Assembly: GCA_040954595.2 (NCBI GenBank)
Contig: CM082598.2
Span: 248,001 to 312,000, forward strand
Reading direction: 5' to 3'
Length of the DNA stretch: 64,000 bases
Source of the DNA: Balanoglossus misakiensis
Lineage: Eukaryota; Animalia; Hemichordata
Shown here: in pieces, positions 51,320 through 64,000 of the stretch
How the letters are laid out: every line of letters begins with the position of its first letter
Numbering within the stretch: the stretch's first letter is position 1
Program-made: the position numbers and the translations under genes
The notes under the pieces: model-generated
Seen by the model: only the letters and a program-made list of their open reading frames with translations
Told to the model about the DNA's origin: nothing
The model's database searches: none

Positions 51320-52490
51320 ATGGTAAGTATCGATCCACTCTATATCTCACCTCTCGCTGTTCTTTACTGTATGCCATTACTGTTTATATCTGACCATGCA
51401 GTAACATGTCTAATCATAGTGACCCACGTGCTTTACAGTTGAGGTCTGACATTCGTTCATCGATCATGATGTGCACAGCGATTTCGTCGAAATTAATGGT
51501 CAAACCCATACACAAATGAAGGGAATATAACCGTCTAGGGTAAAACAGTCCCAGATGTTTGCTAAGACGATTGATCGAGCAAGGAAACATGATTTGAACG
51601 TCACCATGGTGATGAATACTGATGACACCAGTGATGACATTTCATGTCTCGACGAAATCTACCAGACGACTATGACTTTATGGCCTTTCTCATTTCCACT
51701 AACCATGATGCCATGTCATTCTCAGTGTGACATTAATATGATATTGTTAACAAGGTGATTGAAAAATGACTTTACAACTTTCAACCACTCAGGCAAGATT
51801 TCCTGGAATTAGATGAACATTTCAGTGTGTAGAATATTCTTAGACTGAAAATAACAAGATAACTGTAATTAAGTGTGATGTATTTGTTTACATCCAGTTT
51901 GGCCCAGTGAAACTTTTCAAAGATGCTGCAGGTGAAGAGAAGGCAGAAACGGCAAGATTGTCATCATTTGTCGGAGCCATTGCCATCGGTGAACTGATCA
52001 AAAGTACACTAGGACCTAAAGGAATGGTGAGTACCTGTACAATGGGGTATGAAATCAGTGTTATAGTTAAGGGCGGTACCCAGGTATCTGTAGTTAATTT
52101 TGCAACAATTTCTCAACCAATAAGAGCGGTAAGAACTAAGATTTACATCAATGTTTTTCGTTCCTAATCAAGCGGAATTCTGTGTAATCATTCAATTCAC
52201 AGGACAAAATCCTCCAATCACCAAGCATGACTGATACAGTCCAAGTTACTAATGACGGTGCTACCATCTTGAGATCTGTTGGTGTTGACAACCCAGCTGC
52301 TAAAGTCTTAGTTGAAATCAGCAAAGTTCAAGACGATGAAGTTGGGGATGGTACTACATCTGTGGTTGTTTTAGCTTGTGAACTTCTCAAGGTGAGAATT
52401 GCTCAACTTTGAGCCGTATGTATTATCACATGTACCATTATTGATGAGTTCACAATATTTAGAGTCATGGCCAATGCAAAAAGGTACAGG

Positions 52491-52521
<31 letters not shown>

Positions 52522-55500
52522 ATCATCATCATCATCATCATCACCAAACTTCTACAAAGACTATTACAATTTTGGTTCTTTATTCATATGTGTTTTCATA
52601 TGATTTCATTGAAATGATAGGAGGCAGAACAACTTGTTGGTCAGAAGTTGCATCCCCAGACTGTCATCGCTGGATGGAGGAAGGCGGTTGATGAAGCTAG
52701 GAGAGTTCTAGAAGCCTCTACTCTAGACCATGGGTAAGTCCATTCAGAGCTACGTTAACCCTTTCACCCCCCAGTTCTCTCTTTAGAGGTCCAACCTTGC
52801 CGTAGAAAGAAATAGTTTCGGACTGAACCATGGCAGTGCAAGGGTTAACGCCTTGAGTACCATTACCTATGTCATCATATATACCAGAGAAACCGTACAT
52901 TCCAGTCGGTTTATTGACAACACACAAGGTAGTCAAGTGGTTAATAAATCAGCTGTCATTCATGTTCCATGATACATCTTTTATAAATGTTAACGTATTG
53001 AACATTCAGGGATGATGCAGTGAAGTTTCGTGAAGATTTGATGAACATCGCCAGAACAACATTAAGTTCTAAGTTATTGACGCAACACAAGGACCACTTT
53101 GCTAACTTGGCAGTAGATGCTGTTTTAAGACTCAAGGTAGGAATATTTCATTTAATTTTAACTGTAACTGCTGTTGATCTGTGATGCGTTCTATATCAAC
53201 CAAAAGTTCTAAGGCTCAGAAAAAAGTCGAGGCGAAGAGAGACTGATTTGTTTTGTAGGATTTATTATTCTTGTATTTTCATTTGGGAAACAATTTTAAT
53301 TTTTTTTTCTTCTTTTGAACCAGGGAAGTGGAAATTTGAATGCTATTCAGATTATCAAGAAGTCTGGTGGAAGCATGTTGGAATCTCGTTTGGATGAAGG
53401 ATTCTTGTTGGATAAGAAAATTGGTGTCAATCAACCCAAGAGAATTGAAAATGCTAAAGTCTTGATTGCAAACACTGCCATGGATGCCGACAAAATTAAG
53501 GTGTGTTGGTTCCCCATGTTGTATAATTACCACAAGTACTGTAGCGTAATATAAAAACACTTTTCCCTCATATTCACTTTAATTAACCCATAGTTTGTAT
53601 GCATCGAGTGAGCCAATTCTGTTTCAAAATTCAGTTTGGTATAACAATTGCTTACAGTTTCTTCGATGGAATATTACAGGAACGAAGTCCACATTCAAAT
53701 GAAGTGAACAGGTCTATACATGATAACAGGCTTCCAACATGTTCAATAAAAACCTTTTTTTATATTTTTGTCTCTACAGATTTTTGGTTCCAGGGTGCGT
53801 GTTGATTCTGCTGCTAAAATTGCAGAGTTAGAGTCAGCTGAGAAAAATAAAATGAAAGAAAAAGTCGAGAAAATCCTGAAGCATGACATTAATGTATTCA
53901 TTAACAGGTAAATATTAAAAAGCTTTTAGTATCACATTGTGTAATGTTTCAAATGGTACTGACACTCAAATAATCTTCATTCCAGTTCAATCAAGATGAT
54001 ATGCATGATAGTAATAATAATTAACAGAATCATGACTTCAAATACACGTTTTCTTTTTCCAAAACAGACAGCTAATCTACAACTATCCTGAGCAGTTATT
54101 TGCTGATGCTGGCGTCATGGCGATAGAGCATGCTGATTTTGAAGGTGTAGAACGATTAGCACTGGTTACCGGGGGAGAAATCGTCTCAACATTTGACCAT
54201 CCTGAACTTGTCAAACTAGGACACTGTGATGTTATAGAAGAAGTTATGATAGGTTAGTGTCTAGTCTGTGGTATTCATCTGTGTGTCTTTTACTTCTTGT
54301 AGTGAATATCTTGATGATATTTGAAACTTGAAGGGTGACGATCGCCTTATACCCATGTGCGTAATTTCATTTGTACAAACATTACATCCAATCCAAATGT
54401 TTTGCAAATTTTGCATTTGACACATTCAAGTAGTGGACTGCCTTTGCTTCTTTCCATATTTCTTGCGCACCGTATAAGTAGACTTTAGTTTTGTCCCTTC
54501 TCTTCACCCAATTTGTAGTCTTATCCTGATCTGCGACACAGACTATGGTCGCTGCCATCTTGTCTGTTATGGTGATAGTCGCCCTTTAAGGTCTTGATAT
54601 CCACATAGCTGCTTCTCGATCTAAACTGTTGTGTCAGTCAATTCTATTAATATTTTTATTTGTAGGTGAAGACAAAATGATCAAATTCTCTGGTGTTGCC
54701 CTCGGTGAGGCCTGTACAATTGTTCTTAGAGGTGCAACCCAACAGATCTTAGATGAAGCAGAGAGATCCCTCCATGATGCGTTGTGTGTACTTACACAAA
54801 CTGTGAAGGAAACTAGAACTGTCTTTGGTGGAGGTAAGTGTCTTGTACATCTCTGTTTGGGAGTCAGAGGACCTTCTCTACACAATATTGGCCATCCCAA
54901 ACAGAAAGGAGTCTTATGGGAGCGCGATACTTATGACCATAAGACCCCTTTCTGCTTGGGATAGGCCATATTGTTAAGTGAAATGACATGATTTCTGTTC
55001 AGTCTTTAACAGCCGTATGCTATTGCCTTCATGGCCAGTTAATATGTGTTTGTTTTAGTGCCATGCACGTGTAATGCATTGGCTTCAGTGTTGCATTATA
55101 AATCTGTTCTAATACCAAATCCCTGATTGTTCTTTTACAGGTTGTAGTGAAATGTTAATGGCCAATGCTGTATCAGAGTTAGCCGCCAGAACACCTGGCA
55201 AAGAAGCTGTAGCTATTGAATCATTTGCAAAAGCTCTTCGACAGGTAAGATCTCAATTTTATGATAACAGCTAAACTGTGATACTGCAGTGTTTAGGTCA
55301 CACAGCACCTTTGGTGTTTAAGATCTTATTTAGTTTAGCATGATCGACTATTGTTTGTGAAGACAATATTATGTCTGTGTCTTCTATGTTTTCGCTTCTA
55401 TAGCTCGTGATGTGACAGTGTTCACTTGTGATGAAATGGGGGCGGTCGACTGTAAGTAGGGTGATCAGTAGAAACTTTGTGTGCTACTGTGAGCTGAAAG

Positions 55501-56946
55501 TATTTTCAGCAAGGACTGATAAAAGTCAACAAATGATAACTCTATTGCTGTTAATTCTCACAGAAGTGAACATGACTTCCACTGATCACCCTAATTCTTG
55601 TTGATGGCTCCCATTTCATTATGGTACATGTACTTTAGTATCATCAGGGGTCAGATTGCATACTTCTCCTGATCCGTGTATTTTCTGTGATAATAATAAA
55701 TCCTATATTGCTGTGTTTTGTCACTAGATTCCTACTGTGATAGCAGACAATGCAGGCTTTGATAGTGCTGAGTTGGTAGCACAACTTCGAGCAACGCACA
55801 CAGCCGGCAATCATACCATGGGACTTAGTAAGTATTTTAATCATACATGTCTATTAGATCTCCTCCAATAATATCTCTGTTTTTTATTTCTGATACAAAT
55901 GCAGTTTGAGCGTACTTGTTACAGGATTTATCCTGTGCCTGACTTGAAGTTTGACCCTTTCACCCCCATTTCTCTCTAAAGAGGTCCAAACTTATCATAG
56001 AAAACAATTCATTTGGGCCAAAGCACGGTGGTGAAAGGGTTAAAAACATGAAAAGATCTTATACAGTGGCCCTATTTATAGTGTGTGTGTCACCAACTTT
56101 GTTAAAAGGAATATGCAATGCACAGTCAACATTTTGTTTCAAAATAAACAGTTCTGTGCAAGGGCCAAAGGGCTAGTGTTAAATGTATGCTTCTAAGATT
56201 CGCCTATAAGTCTTTATTTTATGCACTTTCTAATTCTGTCAAATTGTTTTCATTTTTAGACATGATCAATGGCACAATAGGCGATGTACAACAATTGGGA
56301 ATAACTGAATCATTCCAAGTGAAACGACAAGTTCTGTTGAGTGCTGCAGAAGCGGCTGAAATGATTCTAAGAGTTGATGACATCATTAGATCTGCTCCTA
56401 GGTACGTACGGTAACTTTCATTTATCACTGTCTTATTCCAGCTTGATGTCTAAAATTGTATGCATGGCCAACAATTTTATCAGACAATGACAGTAGTTGT
56501 CCTTAATAGCAATCTCCACCAATCAGAGTTATGAGTCAGACTTTGAAAAATGGTGCACACATTTCTTCCCTCAGTGTTTTTTTTCTTCGAAGTTTACACA
56601 AAAAGTCAACTGTACGTATACCATTTATTCAGGGTGGTTCTCTGTCTTTGTGTTACACATAATCAAACACTAACCTGAGACACTGGAATATTATTTGAGA
56701 TATTATTAATCTCCCAATATTCTGAACAGATTTGACATGTGATTCCCCCACATAGCGGGTGTAAGTAGGGGAGGGGGATAATCACTTTGTATTGTTTCCC
56801 CAATATACACGAGTGTTGGTTGGGTATCTCGTCTGTTGGATGATGGACAAAATAAAATACATGTAAATAATAAAATATAAAGTTGTTACAAGCAATATTT
56901 GTTCTCTTTGTTTAACAGACAACGCCAGCATGATCCAGGTCATTAA
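51320..56946 (+). CDS. CCT2: T-complex protein 1 subunit beta (chaperonin CCT/TRiC)
   Basis: ATG-only first coding exon (51320-51322, then GTAAGT), followed by [106 protein letters not shown], and the last exon 56919-56946 (RQRQHDPGH*). Confidence 0.97.
52491..52543. repeat. (CAT)n microsatellite in a CCT2 intron
   Basis: Interrupted CAT run; it explains the poly-His and poly-Ile ORF artefacts. Confidence 0.95.
52755..52848. mobile_element. TTAA-flanked piggyBac-like MITE (family A, opposite orientation)
   Basis: TTAACCCTTTCACCCC ... GTGCAAGGGTTAA; the interior is the reverse complement of the 10642 copy, with divergence. Confidence 0.7.
54328..54589. mobile_element. Kolobok-like non-autonomous element in a CCT2 intron
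   Basis: TTGA-AGGGTGACGATCGCC ... GGTGATAGTCGCCCT-TTAA: imperfect TIRs with purine-purine termini and TTAA-like flanks. Confidence 0.5.
55457..55593. repeat. Imperfect inverted repeat of about 37 bp (probable MITE) in a CCT2 intron
   Basis: TAGGGTGATCAGTAGAA...CTGTGAG pairs with CTCACAG...TTCCACTGATCACCCTA; no clear TSD. Confidence 0.55.
55951..56043. mobile_element. TTAA-flanked piggyBac-like MITE (family A)
   Basis: TTGACCCTTTCACCCCC ... GGTGGTGAAAGGGTTAA; the interior is similar to the 52755 copy. Confidence 0.7.
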
Positions 56947-57630
56947 TTTCTCGCAGCTTGAGATTGAAGAGACCCCACTTTGTTGGAAGACGGAATATGC
57001 AAGCAAAGACAGAAGACAAACTGTTTTTTTTTTGTGTGTGTGTGATCATGTTTCAGGTTCCATGTCTGCCTATCTTATAACTGTGAAGCACTTGCAACTG
57101 AAGTTGTAAAGCAAAAGTGTTTGATGTTATCTGTGGTGTATGGATTATTGTACCATTATAAGAAATTGTCTGCTCTTAAAACAATTTCAATGAAAGCATA
57201 GGTCAAAAATAACCTGTGGAAATCAAATGTATTTAGAATTTAACCACATGTATTATTTGTATTGCATTGTTTTCAAAGAATATTGGTGGTGTTTGGAGAT
57301 TCTGCGGACTTAACTTCATTTTACTCTTTTCACGTGAAATGTTTACTGTCAAAATCAAACTTTAAAATCCAACTGCAAACAGATCAAGGGCAGACATCGT
57401 GTCAGATTGTCCATCATCAAGAAAAAGCAGTCTTGTCTTTTGTTGAGTTCCATTCTTCATTGTCTCTTTGAATTTATTCAACAAGATTTGTCTTATTTTC
57501 TACTCTTTTGTACCATTAAGAAAGCCAAAATAAATTTTGTGTTCACTCGAAATTCTGAAGGGTAGGCTTGAGTAGTATTTGTAGCTCTGTATATTTAATG
57601 TGTGTCTTCCTGTACGTTGTGTGGCATACG

Positions 57631-57636
57631 AATAAA
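57631..57636 (+). terminator. Probable CCT2 polyadenylation signal
   Basis: AATAAA about 690 bp after the stop, followed by a GT/T-rich tract (TTGTCTGTGTTTGTATGTCTTTT). Confidence 0.6.
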
Positions 57637-57932
57637 AATTAAACATCATGAATTGCATTGTCTGTGTTTGTATGTCTTTTAGTTTTTATGACATCTACTA
57701 TACGGACACCTCTCTGGAAGTTTTGGTGTAAATTCAACAACAGTCACTCTGTGTCACCCCTTTCACAGATCATGCTGTACATCTTGATCGGAAAGAACAC
57801 GTACTTGACCGGTTTCAAAGATATGTGAACGAATGGCTTCCTGGAGACAGACTGGCCCACATCCTCTTGGGACTGGTATTAAGGAGTGAGTGGGGACCAT
57901 TATGATATGCATGTGAGATGAATAGATGTGAC

Positions 57933-57967
57933 TCTGTCTGTCTGTCTGCCTGCCTGCCTGCCTGCCT
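57933..57967. repeat. (TCTG)n(CCTG)n microsatellite at the satellite junction
   Basis: TCTGTCTGTCTGTCTGCCTGCCTGCCTGCCTGCCT directly precedes the first satellite monomer. Confidence 0.9.
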
Positions 57968-60900
57968 TTCAAAATTTCTTCATTTTTTGACAAAAATCAT
58001 GGGTTATAGCTCATGAAAATCATCCAAAAATGACAATTTTTCCACTTTCCGAAATTTCAAAATTTATCCATTTTTTCATAAAAATCATGGGTTATAGCCC
58101 ATGAAAATCATCCAAAAATGACAATTTTTCCACTTTCCGAAATTTCAAAATTTATCCATTTTTTCATAAAAAGCATGGGTTATAGCCCATGAAAATCATC
58201 CAAATATGACAATTTTTCCACTTTCCGAAATTTCAAAATTTATCCATTTTTTCATAAAAAGCATGGGTTATAGCCCATGAAAATCATCCGAAAATGACAA
58301 TTTTTCCACTTTCCGAAATTTCAAAATTTATCCATTTTTTCATAAAAATCATGGGTTATAGCCCATGAAAATCATCCGAAAATGACAATTTTTCCACTTT
58401 CCGAAATTTCAAAATTTATCCATTTTTTCATAAAAATCATGGGTTATAGCCCATGAAAATCATCCAAAAATGACAATTTTTCCACTTTCCGAAATTTCAA
58501 AATTTATCCATTTTTTCATAAAAATCATGGGTTATAGCCCATGAAAATCATCCAAAAGTGACAATTTTTTCACTTTCCGAAATTTCAAAATTTATCCATT
58601 TTTTCATAAAAATCATGGGTTATAGCCCATGAAAATCATCCAAAAGTGACAATTTTTCCACTTTCCGAAATTTCAAAATTTATCCATTTTTCCACACAAT
58701 TTTTCCACTTTCCGAAATTTCAAAATTTATCCATATTTTCATAAAAATCATGGGTTATAGCCCATGAAAATCATCCGAAAATGACAATTTTTCCAATTTC
58801 CGAAATTTCAAAATTTATCCATTTTTTCATAAAAATCATGGGTTATAGCCCATGAAAATCATCCAAAAGTGACAATTTTTCCACTTTCCGAAATTTCAAA
58901 ATTTATCCATTTTTCCATAAAAATCATGGGTTATAGCCCATGAAAATCATCCAAAAGTGACAATTTTTCCACTTTCCGAAATTTCAAAATTTATCCATTT
59001 TTTCATAAAAATCATGGGTTATAGCCCATGAAAATCATCCGAAAATGACAATTTTTCCAATTTCCGAAATTTCAAAATTTATCCATTTTTTCATAAAAAT
59101 CATGGGTTATAGCCCATGAAAATCATCCAAAAGTGACAATTTTTCCACTTTCCGAAATTTCAAAATTTATCCATTTTTCCATAAAAATCATGGGTTAGCC
59201 CATGAAAATCATCCAAAAATGACAATTTTTCCACTTTCCGAAATTTCAAAATTTATCCATTTTTTCATAAAAATCATGGGTTATAGCCCATGAAAATCAT
59301 CCAAAAATGACAATTTTTCCACTTTCCGAAATTTCAAAATTTATCCATTTTTTCATAAAAATCATGGGTTATAGCCCATGAAAATCATCCAAAAATGACA
59401 ATTTTTCCACTTTCCGAAATTTCAAAATTTATCCATTTTTTCATAAAAATCATGGGTTATAGCCCATGAAAATCATCCAAAAATGACAATTTTTCCACTT
59501 TCTGAAATTTCAAATTTTATCCATTTTTTCTTAAAAATCATGGGTTATACCCCATGAAAATCATCCAAAAATGTCAATTTTTCAACTTTCCGAAATTTCA
59601 AAATTTATCCATTTTTTCGTAAAAATCATGGGTTATAGCCCATGAAAATCATCCAAAAATGACAATTTTTCCACTTTCCGAAATTTCAAAATTTATCCAT
59701 TTTTTCGTAAAAATCATGGGTTATAGCCCATGAAAATCATCCAAAAATGACAATTTTTCCACTTTCCGAAATTTCAAAATTTATCCATTTTTTCATAAAA
59801 ATCATGGGTTATAGCCCATGAAAATCATCCAAAAATGACAATTTTTTCACTTTCCGAAATTTCAAAATTTATCCATTTTTTCATAAAAATCATGGGTTAT
59901 AGCCCATGAAAATCATCCAAAAATGACAATTTTTCCACTTTCCGAAATTTCAAAATGTATCCATTTTTTCATAAAAATCATGGGTAGCCCATGAAAATCA
60001 TCCAAAAATGACAATTTTTCCACTTTCCGAAATTTCAAAATTTATCCATTTTTTCATAAAAATCATGGGTTATAGCCCATGAAAATCATCCAAAAATGAC
60101 AATTTTTCCACTTTCCGAAATTTCAAAATTTATCCATTTTTTCATAAAAATCATGGGTTATAGCCCATGAAAATCATCCAAAAATGTCAATTTTTCCACT
60201 TTCCGAAATTTCAAAATTTATCCATTTTTTCATAAAAATCATGGGTTATAGCAATGACAATTTTTCCACTTTCCGAAATTTCAAAATTTATCCATTATTT
60301 CATAAAAATCATGGGTTATAGCCCATGAAAATCATCCAAAAATGACAATTTTTCCACTTTCCGAAATTTCAAAATTTATCCATTTTTTCATAAAAATCAT
60401 GGGTTATAGCCCATGAAAATCATCCAAAAATGACAATTTTTCCACTTTCCGAAATTTCAAAATTTATCCATTTTTTCATAAAAATCATGGGTTATAGCCC
60501 ATGAAAATCATCCAAAAATGACAATTTTTCCACTTTCCGAAATTTCAAAATTTATCCATTTTTTCATAAAAATCATGGGTTATAACCCATGAAAATCGTC
60601 CAAAAATGACAATTTTTCCACTTTCCGAAATTTCAAAATTTATCCATTTTTCCATAAAAATCATGGGTTATAGCCCTTGAAAATCATCCAAAAATGACAA
60701 TTTTTCCACTTTCCGAAATTTCAAAATTTATCCATTTTTTCATAAAAATCATGGGTTATAGCCCATGAAAATCATCCCAAAATGACAATTTTTCCACTTT
60801 CCGAAATTTCAAAATTTATCCATTTTTTTATAAAAATCATGGGTTATAGCCCATGAAAATCATCCAAAAATGACAATTTTTCCACTTTCCGAAATTTCAA

Positions 60901-63900
60901 AATTTATCCTTTTTTTCATAAAAGTCATGGGTTATAGCCCATGAAAATCATCCAAAAATGACAATTTTTCCACTTTCCGAAATTTCAAAATTTATCCATT
61001 TTTTCATTAAAATCATGGGTTATAGCCCATGAAAATCATCCAAAAATGACAATTTTTCCACTTTCCGAAATTTCAAAATTTATCCATTTTTTCATAAAAA
61101 TCATGGGTTATAGCCCATGAAAATCATCCAAAAATGACAATTTTTCCACTTTCCGAAATTTCAAAATTTATCCATTTTTTCATAAAAATCATGGGTTATA
61201 GCCCTTGAAAATCATCCAAAAATGACACTTTTTCCACTTTCCGAAATTTCAAAATTTATCCATTTTTTCATAAAAATCATGGGTTATAGCCCATGAAAAT
61301 CATCCAAAAATGTCAATTTTTCCACTTTCCGAAATTTCAAAATTTATCCATTTTTTCATAAAAATCATGGGTTATAGCCCATGAAAATCATCCAAAAATG
61401 ACAATTTTTTCACTTTCCGAAATTTCAAAATTTATCCATTTTTTCATAAAAATCATGGGTTATAGCCCATGAAAATCATCCAAAAATGACAATTTTTCCA
61501 CTTTCCGAAATTTCAAAATGTATCCATTTTTTCATAAAAATCATGGGTAGCCCATGAAAATCATCCAAAAATGACAATTTTTCCACTTTCCGAAATTTCA
61601 AAATTTATCCATTTTTTCATAAAAATCATGGGTTATAGCCCATGAAAATCATCCAAAAATGACAATTTTTCCACTTTCCGAAATTTCAAAATTTATCCAT
61701 TTTTTCATAAAAATCATGGGTTATAGCCCATGAAAATCATCCAAAAATGTCAATTTTTCCACTTTCCGAAATTTCAAAATTTATCCATTTTTTCATAAAA
61801 ATCATGGGTTATAGCAATGACAATTTTTCCACTTTCCGAAATTTCAAAATTTATCCATTATTTCATAAAAATCATGGGTTATAGCCCATGAAAATCATCC
61901 AAAAATGACAATTTTTCCACTTTCCGAAATTTCAAAATTTATCCATTTTTTCATAAAAATCATGGGTTATAGCCCATGAAAATCATCCAAAAATGACAAT
62001 TTTTCCACTTTCCGAAATTTCAAAATTTATCCATTTTTTCATAAAAATCATGGGTTATAGCCCATGAAAATCATCCAAAAATGACAATTTTTCCACTTTC
62101 CGAAATTTCAAAATTTATCCATTTTTTCATAAAAATCATGGGTTATAACCCATGAAAATCGTCCAAAAATGACAATTTTTCCACTTTCCGAAATTTCAAA
62201 ATTTATCCATTTTTCCATAAAAATCATGGGTTATAGCCCTTGAAAATCATCCAAAAATGACAATTTTTCCACTTTCCGAAATTTCAAAATTTATCCATTT
62301 TTTCATAAAAATCATGGGTTATAGCCCATGAAAATCATCCCAAAATGACAATTTTTCCACTTTCCGAAATTTCAAAATTTATCCATTTTTTTATAAAAAT
62401 CATGGGTTATAGCCCATGAAAATCATCCAAAAATGACAATTTTTCCACTTTCCGAAATTTCAAAATTTATCCTTTTTTTCATAAAAGTCATGGGTTATAG
62501 CCCATGAAAATCATCCAAAAATGACAATTTTTCCACTTTCCGAAATTTCAAAATTTATCCATTTTTTCATTAAAATCATGGGTTATAGCCCATGAAAATC
62601 ATCCAAAAATGACAATTTTTCCACTTTCCGAAATTTCAAAATTTATCCATTTTTTCATAAAAATCATGGGTTATAGCCCATGAAAATCATCCAAAAATGA
62701 CAATTTTTCCACTTTCCGAAATTTCAAAATTTATCCATTTTTTCATAAAAATCATGGGTTATAGCCCTTGAAAATCATCCAAAAATGACACTTTTTCCAC
62801 TTTCCGAAATTTCAAAATTTATCCATTTTTTCATAAAAATCATGGGTTATAGCCCATGAAAATCATCCAAAAATGTCAATTTTTCCACTTTCCGAAATTT
62901 CAAAATTTATCCATTTTTTCATAAAAATCATGGGTTATAGCCCATGAAAATCATCCAAAAATGACAATTTTTCCACTTTCCGAAATTTCAAAATTTATCC
63001 ATTTTTTCATAAAAATCATGGGTTATAGCCCATGAAAATCATCCCAAAATGACAATTTTTCCACTTTCCGAAATTTCAAAATTTATCCATTTTTTCATAA
63101 AAATCATGGGTTATAGCCCATGAAAATCATCCAAAAATGACAATTTTTCCACTTCCCGAAATTTCAAAATTTATCCTTTTTTTCATAAAAATCATGGGTT
63201 ATAGCCCATGAAAATCATCCAAAAATGACAATTTTTCCACTTCCCGAAATTTCAAATTTTATCCATTTTTTCATAAAAATCATGGGTTATAACCCATGAA
63301 AATCATCCAAAAATGTCAATTTTTCCACTTTCCGAAATTTCAAAATTTATCCATTTTTTCATAAAAATCATGGGTTATAGCCCATGAAAATCATCCAAAA
63401 ATGACAATTTTTCCACTTTCCGAAATTTCAAAATTTATCCATTTTTTCGTAAAAATCATGGGTTATAGCGCATGAAAATCATCCAAAAATGACAATTTTT
63501 CCACTTTCCGAAATTTCAAAATTTATCCATTTTTTCATAAAAATCATGGGTTATAGCCCATGAAAATCATCCAAAAATGACAATTTTTCCACTTTCCGAA
63601 ATTTCAAAATTTATCCATTTTTTCCTTAAAATCATGGGTTATAGCCCATGAAAATCATCCGAAAATGACAATTTTTCCACTTTCCGAAATTTCAAAATTT
63701 ATCCATTTTTTCATAAAAATCATGGGTTATAGCCCATGAAAATCATCCAAAAATGACAATTTTTCCACTTTCCGAAATTTCAAAATTTATCCATTTTTTC
63801 ATGAAAATCATGGGTTATAGCCCATGAAAATCATCCAAAAATGACAATTTTTCCACTTTCCGAAATTTCAAAATTTATCCATTTTTTCGTAAAAATCATG

Positions 63901-64000
63901 GGTTATAGCCCATGAAAATTATCCAAAAATGACAATTTTTCCACTTTCCGAAATTTCAAAATTTATCCATTTTTTCATAAAAATCATGGGTTATAGCCCA
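57968..64000. repeat. 88-bp AT-rich satellite, about 68 monomers, continuing past the window end
   Basis: CATGGG recurs at 58086, 58174, 58262 and onward (period 88). Monomers are highly similar with scattered variants. Confidence 0.98.

Noticed and set aside
39885-51322. Functional cluster linking the two pseudo-enzymes, the hairpin array and tRNA-Cys
   Set aside because: Adjacency alone is not evidence in an animal genome; conserved synteny or co-expression would be needed.
51600-51850. C/D snoRNA in CCT2 intron 1
   Set aside because: C-box-like words are present, but there is no suitably spaced D box with a terminal stem.
52399-52691. Poly-His and poly-Ile ORFs
   Set aside because: Translations of an intronic (CAT)n microsatellite.
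55428-55498. C/D box snoRNA (GTGATGA...CTGA)
   Set aside because: It overlaps one arm of a longer inverted repeat, and no rRNA-complementary guide was recognised.
57968-64000. CRISPR or coding repeat
   Set aside because: The whole 88-bp unit repeats, with no unique spacers and no ORF.

Overview
Eukaryotic, intron-rich, AT-rich animal DNA. It is probably from a marine invertebrate, but that is inference from gene and repeat style only. Left to right: 3' part of a KIAA2012-like coiled-coil gene (+); a convergent F-box/WD40 gene (-); an SLC23/NAT transporter (+); a small secreted C-type lectin (-); an orphan single-exon ORF (-); a fungal/Dictyostelium-type (GH13_1) alpha-amylase-like gene (+); a 5 x 210-bp tandem array in which every unit carries an 89-bp hairpin element with a 9-bp target-site duplication; tRNA-Cys(GCA); a KY/transglutaminase-like gene (+); CCT2 (+); and an 88-bp satellite running to the window end. 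Several MITE families are dispersed in introns. The most notable observations are two neighbouring intact genes that look like pseudo-enzymes (amylase lacking the catalytic Asp/Glu and Ca ligands; transglutaminase-like protein with Cys changed to Arg), the hairpin-element array, and higher-order structure in the satellite. No prokaryotic-type system (CRISPR, operon) is supported. All gene models were spliced by eye.
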